Source: Planctomycetota bacterium
GTDB lineage: Bacteria > Planctomycetota > GCA-002687715 > CAIWVZ01
DNA length: 64,000 bases
Direction: 5' to 3'
Assembly: GCA_044222185.1 (NCBI GenBank)
Contig: JBGANV010000001.1
Span: forward strand, 1,984,001-2,048,000
Shown: one piece after another, positions 19,286 through 27,585 of the stretch
How the letters are laid out: each line of letters begins with the position of its first letter
How positions within the stretch are numbered: position 1 is the first letter of the stretch
The notes under the pieces: model-generated
Seen by the model: the letters and a program-made list of their open reading frames with translations, nothing else
Told to the model about the DNA's origin: nothing
The model's database searches: none
Translations under genes and position numbers: made by a program

Positions 19286-19700
19286 TCACCCACCGGCTTC
19301 GATCGAGCGGTCGAGGAGCCACCTCCAGATCGGGACGGCGCGAACACGGCAGCCCGGGAGCTCGTAGGTCGCGTCGTCCTGGAGCGTCACGATGACGGCC
19401 CGTGGCACTCCCGTCTCGGAAACAGCCTCGACGATCGCGCCGAGTTCGCGGTCGCGCGTCTTTGGCGCGGTCATGTCCGGGCAGGCCTGGCAGAGGGACG
19501 GCTCACCTCGTTCCGGCTCCACGAAGTAGTCCACCTCGGCACCCGACTCCACGATCAGGTACTCGACGGAATGGCGACGGCGACGCAGCTCCGGATACAC
19601 GGTGTTCGCCTGCGTGGATCGGGCACGCTCGCTCGTCGGAAACAGCTTTGGGATCTGGCCCCCCGAGTGAGCCGAGGACTCGTTGAAACTGCAAGGAAGC
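19286..19700 (-). pseudogene. C-terminal remnant of an AAA/DUF4143 ATP-binding protein
   Basis: NTVYPELRRR...ESGAEVDYFV...LCQAC...TRDREL...VPIWRWLL are DUF4143-type C-terminal motifs; upstream sequence is degenerate and has no Walker A. Confidence 0.72.
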
Positions 19701-20366
19701 AACCCTGTCGTCGGGGATCGTCGTCGAGGGCTCGTCGCAACTTCACCGAGGAGGCTGTGACGAGGGTTCTCACGTTCTCCGTGTCGACGCGGCGGCGGCC
19801 GAAGCGGCGTGAGGCTCGGAATCGACCGATCGTTCGAACCGGCGACCAGCGCGTCGAGAAGGGTCGAGAGTGCCGACGAGTCGTCCTCCGTTGAGGTACA
19901 ACTTCGGCTGAAGTCGTACCTGATCCAAGGACACTTCCGGCAACCTGCGATGCGATCGAGATCCGACTGTCGTCGGATCCGCAGGGCTCGCCAGCCAAAC
20001 TGCATCATCGGCCTGTCAGGCCGGGACGAGGCGACGGCCCGCGACCGGTGGCGGCGCGCACGCACGGATCCGCGGACGCAATCCTGGAACTCATCAAGCG
20101 CGTCCTGAACGATTGCGTCGAGCGCGCGGCAGGCACTCGGGCATACGGCCCCGTGGGTCCGATCGACGAGGATCTGGAGTGCGTGAGCCTCGCGATGAAC
20201 TTCCGCGAGACGCGCCATGCCGTCCAATACAGCCGCGAGTACCGCATCCCGGGGTGCCTGCGCGCGCTCGAGGCGCTCATGCGATCACAGCTGCGATCCC
20301 CCGACGGTCAGAGTGTCTGGTGACCGCGCATCGACGCGGCAGGTGCGGGGTGCAGCCCGCCGCGTT

Positions 20367-21023
20367 CTACTGTGCGCGAGGACCGGCCGGCCTCGCGCTG
20401 CGCCTGGACGCATCACGATCCGCGCCGGCCTGGGTGATCCGAGCGAGGGACGGGATCAGCGACCACAGAACCCATGACCCCGACATGCAGACGACTCCAA
20501 CGGCTTGATTGAACGTCCGGAGGTCCGGGTAGGACCATTGTTGCGGATGTGGCCACCCGTCTGGTGCCTTGGCAACGACGAAGAAGTCGGCGAACCAAGC
20601 CGTGAGGTAGATGATCTCCGCGGTCGCGTAGCCGATCCACGGGACGAACAGGCCGATCGCCAGACTGACGAAAACGCCAGCCTTGGCTTGCCGGGACCAG
20701 CGCCGACGAAGTGCGAGATCCCGCACGACGACGACCGCGGGAGGGATCATCGCCGCCACGAGCGCCGTCACGACGAGGATGGATTCGGTGAGCAGGCCCT
20801 CACGCCCCACGCCGGGGTCCGCGGGGTCGACCCGTCCCCCGCCGAGTTCACGCCGCCCGATGACGACGTGCAGGACCACAGCCGCGACGCCCACGATCCC
20901 ACCAACGATGGCGCACCCGAGGATGAGCCCGGCGCGCACCGCGAGGCGCGCGGCCGTCGACGGAGGCGCTGCGCGATGGTGGAACTGCCGCGGATCGGCC
21001 ACACTGACATCGGAGTCGATCAT
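20367..21023 (-). CDS. Hypothetical membrane protein (about 4 TM)
   Basis: Four hydrophobic segments; paralog of 22403-23038 (IY..AW.ADF.V....P.G......WSYP.L..FN...G......SW..WS..P..ARIT.A). Confidence 0.7.
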   Translation of the reverse strand: MIDSDVSVADPRQFHHRAAPPSTAARLAVRAGLILGCAIVGGIVGVAAVVLHVVIGRRELGGGRVDPADPGVGREGLLTESILVVTALVAAMIPPAVVVVRDLALRRRWSRQAKAGVFVSLAIGLFVPWIGYATAEIIYLTAWFADFFVVAKAPDGWPHPQQWSYPDLRTFNQAVGVVCMSGSWVLWSLIPSLARITQAGADRDASRRSARPAGPRAQ

Positions 21024-21050
21024 CGCGCTTTCTCGACCACGAACAGACGG

Positions 21051-22235
21051 TCAGCCCTTGTCGCGGACTCGCGTCTTGCGACGGCCGTGCAGGCAGACTC
21101 CACGATCGATCAACGCCTCCGTCACCGGCACGGCCGTCACGCGTTCGTCGAGGGGAAAGATCACGTCACCCGGATAGACCACGGCGATGTGCTCGAGCCC
21201 CAGGTCGGCCATCGCAACGCGCATCGACGGGGTCACCTTCGGCGCGTCTGCGCGCTTGATCTCGACCCCGTAGCGCTTGCCATCGACGAAGAGCAGAAGA
21301 TCGATCTCCGCACCCGCATGCGTCGCCCAGAAGTACGCGCTATCTGGCTTCACGGACTGCAGGATCTCTTCGATCACGTAGCCCTCCCAGGATGCGCCCG
21401 CCTTGGGGTGAGAGAGAAGGTCGGCATGAGTGCCGATCCCGAGCAGCGTGTGCATCAGCCCGACGTCGCGAATGTAGATCTTGGGCGCCTTGACCTGCCT
21501 CTTCGCAACGTTCTCGTGCCAAGGCTGGAGTTGCCGAACCATGAACGTGTCAGTGAGCAGATCGAGGTACCGGCGAACCGTGGGTTCGGAGACCCCCATC
21601 GATCGCGCGAGGTCGGCCGCGTTCCAGACCTGCCCGTGAAAGTGCGCAAGCATCGTCCAGAACCGCCTCAACGCATGGCTGGGAACCTGAACGCCGAGCT
21701 GCGGCAGATCCTGCTCGAGGAACGCGCGGATGAACCCGGATCTCCACGCCAGGCTGTCCTCGTCCGATCGCGCGAGGAATGACCGCGGGAATCCACCACG
21801 GCACCAGTGCCGGTCGAGGTTCGCGACGCCGACCTCGGCAAGCCCGAACCCCGCAACGTCGATGATCTCGACTCGGCCGGCGAGGGATTCGGAGGCGCCG
21901 CGAGCCAACGAGGGCGACGCCGATCCGAGGATGAGGAATCGAGCGGGCGTCCGTGGGCGATCTGCGAGCACGCGGAGCAGCGGAACCAGCTCTGGCTTCC
22001 GTTGGATCTCATCGATAACGACGATCTTCCTCAATGGCTCGAGTGCGGACTTTGGTTGATCGAGTCGACCGATGGCGACCGGGTCTTCCAAGTCGAAGTA
22101 GTTGGAAGTCGTCGAGCTCACGAACTCGCGTGCGAGCGTCGTCTTTCCGGACTGGCGAGGGCCGATGAGGGCCACGATCCGGCTGCGGCGCAGCGCCTTC
22201 TTGATCCGCGTCATCAATTGAGGGCGGTCGATCAC
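21051..22235 (-). CDS. AAA_14 ATPase with wHTH and C-terminal DUF4143 (PD-(D/E)xK-like) domain
   Basis: GPRQSGKTT Walker A, VVIDEIQ Walker B, LGSAS, ESLAGR, RGGFP, HTH AADLARSMGVSEPTVRRYLDLL, KAPKIYIRDVG, EIDLL...VEIK. Confidence 0.9.
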   Translation of the reverse strand: MIDRPQLMTRIKKALRRSRIVALIGPRQSGKTTLAREFVSSTTSNYFDLEDPVAIGRLDQPKSALEPLRKIVVIDEIQRKPELVPLLRVLADRPRTPARFLILGSASPSLARGASESLAGRVEIIDVAGFGLAEVGVANLDRHWCRGGFPRSFLARSDEDSLAWRSGFIRAFLEQDLPQLGVQVPSHALRRFWTMLAHFHGQVWNAADLARSMGVSEPTVRRYLDLLTDTFMVRQLQPWHENVAKRQVKAPKIYIRDVGLMHTLLGIGTHADLLSHPKAGASWEGYVIEEILQSVKPDSAYFWATHAGAEIDLLLFVDGKRYGVEIKRADAPKVTPSMRVAMADLGLEHIAVVYPGDVIFPLDERVTAVPVTEALIDRGVCLHGRRKTRVRDKG

Positions 22236-22247
22236 GGGCCGGGTCTT

Positions 22248-22286
22248 ACCTTGAAAATCGAACGGCCACCGTTCGATTTTCAAGGT
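22248..22286. promoter_or_regulatory. Perfect 18-bp inverted repeat (putative operator or hairpin) just upstream of the AAA/DUF4143 gene
   Basis: ACCTTGAAAATCGAACGG-cca-CCGTTCGATTTTCAAGGT; AT-rich in a GC-rich background; 12 nt from the GTG start. Confidence 0.7.
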
Positions 22287-22402
22287 CCATCGGATCCAGG
22301 CCGGGTGGCGCCGCCCGCGCGCCGGGCGCAAGTCCAACCCCTACGCGTCTCCGTCTTCGGAACGCTCGTTACGAGAGGTGTTTCTGCCACGTTCCATCCA
22401 AC

Positions 22403-23038
22403 TCAGGAATGGGTGTGCCTCGCGTCATGCCGCGCGGCGGCAGGGTCCACCATGGCTCGAGTGATCCGCGCGATGGTCGGACTGAAGGACCATGCCGACC
22501 ACGAGAGAATTCCCGCAGCGATCCCGGCCATGCGGTTGAACCAACTCAGGCTCGGGTAGGACCATCTCGGGAGATCGGTTCGCCCGTTCGGCCCCGTCGC
22601 GGTGACGCAGAAGTCGGCAACCCACGCGAGGTCGTAGATCACGGCTGCGATTGCGCACCCGGCACACGCGGCAAAAACACCGCTCGCGAGGATCGTCGCG
22701 ACTCTCCGTCTCGTGATTTCGGCCCCACGGCGACGGAGCACGGCGTCGCGCAGCGTGCCCATCGCTGGCGCCACGGATGCGGCGGCGATTGCCGTGACGA
22801 AGATGATGGAGTCATCGAGGACGCCATCCTTCCCTTCGGTCCAGGGCCCCCAGTGCCTCACGAGGGTTCCGTGGAGCGCCTTCGATCAAAAGGCCGCATG
22901 CAACGACCAGGCGGTGAAACCGACGATCACTCCGATCCCGATGCAGAGGAGGACGAACGTGAACCGGTCGGCCGCGGCGAAGACCCGGCCCCGTCGCGCC
23001 ACCTCATCGCGTCCCAGATCCTCATCGGCTCCGCCCAT
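22403..23038 (-). pseudogene. Membrane protein paralog of 20367-21023, interrupted by an in-frame TGA at 22886-22888
   Basis: ATG at 23038 reads MGGADEDL...FVLLCIGIGVIVGFTAWSLHAAF*SKALHGTLVRHW; similarity to the paralog continues across the stop. Confidence 0.7.
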
Positions 23039-23105
23039 CGCGCGGAGCCCACCACGACGGGATCGCAGCGTGCGCGGGTGGCCGGGTCCGCCTCGGCGCC
23101 GCCCG

Positions 23106-24689
23106 TCAATCCAGCGTGTACGTCGTCTCCGACTTGGTCGCGCCGGCGAGCATGCGCGTGCGCTCCCAGCGCACGAAGTCCGAGTGGACGGCCATCACGT
23201 GGCTATAGCGGATCGAGTAGTGCGGCAGGCCCTTGGCGAGCAGTTCCTCGGAGAGCTCACGATCGCGCTCGTGGAGCGAGCCCTTCTCGCGGTTCCACGT
23301 CTCGCGGTCCCACGATTCGACCTCGCGCACGAGCTTCTGGTAGATGGGCGCCGTGGGCCAGTCGGACTCGGCATTCACCCACCAGTGGAACACCCGTCCC
23401 ATCTTCTCGAAGAGGAGATCGAGCTCGGGGCCGAACTTGAGGCATGTGCCATCGAAGTAGTTCCCGAGCTGGTTCATCTTCTCGAAGTCGATGACGTTCA
23501 TTTCCTGGGCGATGCGGTAACCCGCCGTGCCCGGGAACGGGAAGAAGAGCGCCCAGCGGAAGCGGCCCATCTTGATGCGGGCGATGAGCCGGGCCGTCTC
23601 CATCACGTCTTCGACGGTCTCGGTCGGCAGGCCGAACATCACGAACGCGGAGGTGTGCAGGTCGAATGCGTGCGCCGCAGCGAACGCCCGCTCGATGGCG
23701 CCGTTGCTCATGAAGCGCCACAGGATGTTGCGCCGGATGCGATCGCTGCCCGATTCGAGGCCGTACTTGCAGATCATGCAGCCCGATTCCTTGAGCTGCC
23801 GCGCGGTCTCCTCGGAGAACTGCTGGACGTGGGCGTTCACGACGTAGGGCAGGTTGATCCCCGCGGCCTTGTACGCCTCGGTGAATTTCGCCACGTACTC
23901 GCGACTCAGCGTGAAGAGATCGTCGTCGAAGATCAGCGTGGTGATGTGCGGGTGCTTCGCCTTGAGCTCTTGGATCTCACGGATGACCCGCTCGATGGGG
24001 AAATGGCGGAGGTATTCCTTGGCCTTCGACGCCGCGCCGTCCTCGATGTAGCGGTCGACGATCTCCTTGTTGAAGCAGTAGGTGCACTTGTAGGGGCACC
24101 CGCGGCTGGTCAGGAGACCGAACCAGCCCTTCTTCACCTTCGTGATGTAGTCGATCTCGAAGAGCTCGAAGTCCTGCTCGGGCAGCGTGTCGAGGTCGGG
24201 GAACGGAGCGACGGGGTTGGAGATGGCCGTGCCCGTCTTCGAGAACCGCGCCGGGATCCGCATGTTCGCGGCCGTCGACGTGTCCTCACCGCGTTCGATG
24301 CGATCGACGAGGTCGCGGAAGGCGTACTCGCCCTCCCCCACGCAAACGTAGTCGAAGTGCGCCTCGTTCGTGACGTCTTCCGGCACCATCGTGCAATGAA
24401 CGCCCCCGATGACGAGCGGGATCTCGGGGAAGCGCGCCTTGATGGCGTCGGCCTTCTCGCAGGACCAGGCGTACTGCTGGCTCATCACCGAGAAGCCGAT
24501 GACGCCTGGCCGGTACTCCTCGACCACGCGGAGGATCTCGTCCGTGGTCGGAATGGGCCAGAGAGCCTCGCACACGTGCACGAGCTTCGTCTCGTGCCCG
24601 TGCGTCTTGAGCACGCCAGACAGCGCCGTGATGCCGTGGTTGATCCCCGGCGGGCAGTCGATGCTCGGATAGATGAAAAGGACTCTCAT
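23106..24689 (-). CDS. Cobalamin-binding domain radical SAM protein
   Basis: N-terminal B12-binding domain (GGVHCT, VCVGEGE), SRGCPYKCTYC CxxxCxxC, FDDDLF, GLESGS, FVMFGLPTET, PFPGT. Confidence 0.9.
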   Translation of the reverse strand: MRVLFIYPSIDCPPGINHGITALSGVLKTHGHETKLVHVCEALWPIPTTDEILRVVEEYRPGVIGFSVMSQQYAWSCEKADAIKARFPEIPLVIGGVHCTMVPEDVTNEAHFDYVCVGEGEYAFRDLVDRIERGEDTSTAANMRIPARFSKTGTAISNPVAPFPDLDTLPEQDFELFEIDYITKVKKGWFGLLTSRGCPYKCTYCFNKEIVDRYIEDGAASKAKEYLRHFPIERVIREIQELKAKHPHITTLIFDDDLFTLSREYVAKFTEAYKAAGINLPYVVNAHVQQFSEETARQLKESGCMICKYGLESGSDRIRRNILWRFMSNGAIERAFAAAHAFDLHTSAFVMFGLPTETVEDVMETARLIARIKMGRFRWALFFPFPGTAGYRIAQEMNVIDFEKMNQLGNYFDGTCLKFGPELDLLFEKMGRVFHWWVNAESDWPTAPIYQKLVREVESWDRETWNREKGSLHERDRELSEELLAKGLPHYSIRYSHVMAVHSDFVRWERTRMLAGATKSETTYTLD

Positions 24690-24848
24690 GAGGTCTCCAC
24701 CATGGAGGAACCGCTGCAAGGCCGGCGAACGAGGGCACAAGGTAGCTTCAACCCCAGTGGGCGTAAAGCGTTGAGCGTATCCGCGACCGGATCTCGTCCA
24801 ACGTCCACGAGTTGGGGCGCCGTCGAGCCTCCGCGTAGAGTGCCCGCC

Positions 24849-27527
24849 ATGATGCCGCCGCCAACCGTTCGCGTCGCCGTCCTGTTCGTTCTGCTCTCCC
24901 TCACATGCGCCGCCCAGGCCCCCTTCGCGTTCCGGATCGAGACGGGCGAGGAGGGTGTCTACTCGATACCCGCGGAGTCGCTCCGATCGCTGGTGCCGAC
25001 GGACGGCATCCGCTCCGACGACCTCGTCCTCACGCGCGACGGGCGCCCCGTCGCCATCGAGGTGTTCGGCGGAGCCGACGGCCACATCGACCCGGGCGAC
25101 GCGATCCTGTTCTTCGCTGAGCGCCCCGATCGCGCGACGCAGAAGACCTCCACCTACGTCCTCACCGACCGCGGAGGTTCCGTGCGGTTGTCCAAGGGCG
25201 ATCCCGACACGGCAACCGGCGAAACCCTGACCGATGCGCAATTCACCGTCACGGACGAGGTCGATCGCGTGTTCGAGTCGTTCGCGACCGTGCAGCAGAG
25301 CATCATCCGCGGGCCCGCGCGCTCGCACTGGTACTGGGCCCGCCTCCACGCGCCTGGCGCGCCCACGAAGCGCGCCGCGCCTGCTGCGGAAAACGAGGAC
25401 CCGACGACGGCGCAGGTCCCCCTCGTCCTCGAACCGCGCCCCCTGAAGACCGCGCCCGGACGCCTGCGGTTGGACCTCGTTGGAGCCCTCATCGACGGCA
25501 TCGATCAGAAGCTGCGCATCGAATTCAACGGGACCGAGGTCGGAACGATCACCTGGAACACGAAGCTCGAGAAGACGATCGAGGTCACCATCCCGGGGAA
25601 CCTGCTCGGCCGTGAAAACATGGTGCGCCTCATCGACCAATCACCGACGCCAACCTACAAGGATCCGGGGAACGAACTCGGCGGCCACCGCGCCAACTCC
25701 GTCCTGCTCGACAGCGTGTCCGTCTCCTACCTTGCGCAGATCGCCGGCCCCACGGTCTCTCGCGAGCAACGCGTCGTCCACATCGCCGCGGGCCGAGACG
25801 CGGCCCCGAGGCACTTCCGCATCGAGCACCGCCACGACGAGGGCTACCTGATCGTCGATGCCAAAGCGAAGCGGTTGTGGCGCAGCGCCGACATCGCCGT
25901 CGCCGGCGACAAGGACGTGACGCTCGGCATCACCTCCGTCGGTGGAGCCCGCCCGCCGCTCCTCGTGACGCGCCTCCGGTCGACGCAGGCGCACATGCCG
26001 GGTCCTGGCGCCGACTACGTCGTCGTCACGACGACGGACCTGCGACCAGTCCTGCAGCCGCTCATCGACCACCGCGAAGCCTCCGGGTTGAAGTCGCTGG
26101 TCGTCGAGGCCCGCGAGCTCTACGACACCTTCACGAACGGCGTCTACTCGCCCGTCGCCATCCAGAGCTTCATGGCCGCGGCCGCGAAGAACTGGAAGAC
26201 GAAACCCCGGTACCTTCTCCTCGTTGGAGACGCGGACCTGGACTGCACGTTCGTCAACACGAAGGAGACGATTCCGGCGACTCTCGTGATGACCGACTAC
26301 AACGGCGTCACGGGGACGGACGCGCTCTACGGTGATACGGACGGCGACGGCGTGCCCGAAATCGCCGTCGGCCGCCTCCCATTCCGCCGCCGCGACGACG
26401 TGCTCGACTTCATCCAGCGCGTGATCACCGAGGAGAAGCGTCCACCGGCCGGGGACTGGCGCCGCAAGATGACCTTCTTCGCCGGCGAGGGGCGATTCGG
26501 GCCGCTCGTCGACGGCATGATCGAGAAGGTCGTCGCGGGCGTGCTCGCCGACGACATCCCGCCGGAGTTCAACGTCGACATGACGTACGCGAACCCGAAC
26601 TCCAACTGGTACTACCCCGCCCCGGAGTTCAATCAGCGCGTGATCGACTCGTTCAACGCCGGTGGACTCGTGTTCACCTACATCGGTCACGGCTCGCCGG
26701 AAGCGTTCGACCGGGTGTCGACGCCCGCGGGGAACTACCCGATTCTCCGCGTCGCGGACGTCGACAAGCTCAACAACGAGGGGCGCTCGCCCGTGATGAC
26801 GATCATCGCGTGCTCGACCGGCCACTACGATGCACCGGAGCGGGATTGCATCGCCGAACAGATGCTCGCACGCCCGGGCGGCCCCATCGCAGTGATCGCC
26901 TCCTCGCGCATCAGCCACCCCTACCCCAACGCCCTGCTCGGCAAGAGCCTCGTGGCACCGTTCTTCGATCGGAAGAACCGCGTCGGCGACGTCCTCGTGG
27001 CCGGCAAGAAGAAGATGCTCGCCGAATCGTCGGGTGCACTCGCCATGATCGCCGAAGCGCAGCTCTCGAAGCAGGTGAAAGGGGCGACGCTCGTGCGCGA
27101 CCACCTCTACCTCTACAACCTGCTCGGGGATCCGGCGCAGCTGATCCCGTTCCCGGCGGCGTTCGCCTCGATCGAGGCGCCGGAGAAGGCCGCCGCCGGC
27201 GAGACGGTGACCGTGAAGGCGTCACTCCCGGAGGGCGGTGACGGCGAGGCCGTCGTCACGATCGAGGCGCGGCGTGACCGCGGGTCGCCGCCGGCCGGCG
27301 AGTCGGCCCCGGTGAACGCGGGCGCGGACGAGATCAAGGCGCGCCACCTTCGCGCGAACGACGTCAGCATCGTGCGCCAGACCGTCCCCATGAAGGGCGG
27401 CGCCGTCGAAGCGTCGATCACCTTGCCCCCGACCCTGTCGAAGGGCCGTTATGCGGTGGTGATCGCCGTGGCGGGCTCCGACACGGCTCGGTGCGCGGCG
27501 GGCGCGAAGGTCTTCAAGGTCGAGTGA
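24849..27527 (+). CDS. Secreted peptidase family C25 (gingipain/PorU-like)
   Basis: Signal peptide; EGVYSI...DAILFFA PorU-like N-terminus; YLLLVGDA, IAVGRLP, YIGHGS (His) and IIACSTG (Cys) dyad, YNLLGDPA. No T9SS CTD seen. Confidence 0.88.
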   Translation: MMPPPTVRVAVLFVLLSLTCAAQAPFAFRIETGEEGVYSIPAESLRSLVPTDGIRSDDLVLTRDGRPVAIEVFGGADGHIDPGDAILFFAERPDRATQKTSTYVLTDRGGSVRLSKGDPDTATGETLTDAQFTVTDEVDRVFESFATVQQSIIRGPARSHWYWARLHAPGAPTKRAAPAAENEDPTTAQVPLVLEPRPLKTAPGRLRLDLVGALIDGIDQKLRIEFNGTEVGTITWNTKLEKTIEVTIPGNLLGRENMVRLIDQSPTPTYKDPGNELGGHRANSVLLDSVSVSYLAQIAGPTVSREQRVVHIAAGRDAAPRHFRIEHRHDEGYLIVDAKAKRLWRSADIAVAGDKDVTLGITSVGGARPPLLVTRLRSTQAHMPGPGADYVVVTTTDLRPVLQPLIDHREASGLKSLVVEARELYDTFTNGVYSPVAIQSFMAAAAKNWKTKPRYLLLVGDADLDCTFVNTKETIPATLVMTDYNGVTGTDALYGDTDGDGVPEIAVGRLPFRRRDDVLDFIQRVITEEKRPPAGDWRRKMTFFAGEGRFGPLVDGMIEKVVAGVLADDIPPEFNVDMTYANPNSNWYYPAPEFNQRVIDSFNAGGLVFTYIGHGSPEAFDRVSTPAGNYPILRVADVDKLNNEGRSPVMTIIACSTGHYDAPERDCIAEQMLARPGGPIAVIASSRISHPYPNALLGKSLVAPFFDRKNRVGDVLVAGKKKMLAESSGALAMIAEAQLSKQVKGATLVRDHLYLYNLLGDPAQLIPFPAAFASIEAPEKAAAGETVTVKASLPEGGDGEAVVTIEARRDRGSPPAGESAPVNAGADEIKARHLRANDVSIVRQTVPMKGGAVEASITLPPTLSKGRYAVVIAVAGSDTARCAAGAKVFKVE

Positions 27528-27536
27528 GCGCAGAAG

Positions 27537-27562
27537 CCCACCCGAGCCGAGGCTCGGGTGGG
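27537..27562. terminator. GC-rich hairpin between convergent genes (putative bidirectional terminator)
   Basis: CCCACCCGAGCC-ga-GGCTCGGGTGGG between the stops at 27527 and 27586; no strong U-tract. Confidence 0.55.
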
Positions 27563-27585
27563 GCTCGATCGCGGCGGCGCAGGAC

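Noticed and set aside
19700-20330. Short ORFs 19809-20108 and 20048-20323
   Set aside because: No recognisable motif or clear start; possibly decayed sequence, so not called.
23106-24689. B12 radical SAM as part of a RiPP, ladderane or hopanoid cluster
   Set aside because: No precursor peptide or lipid-biosynthesis neighbours; the substrate cannot be inferred.
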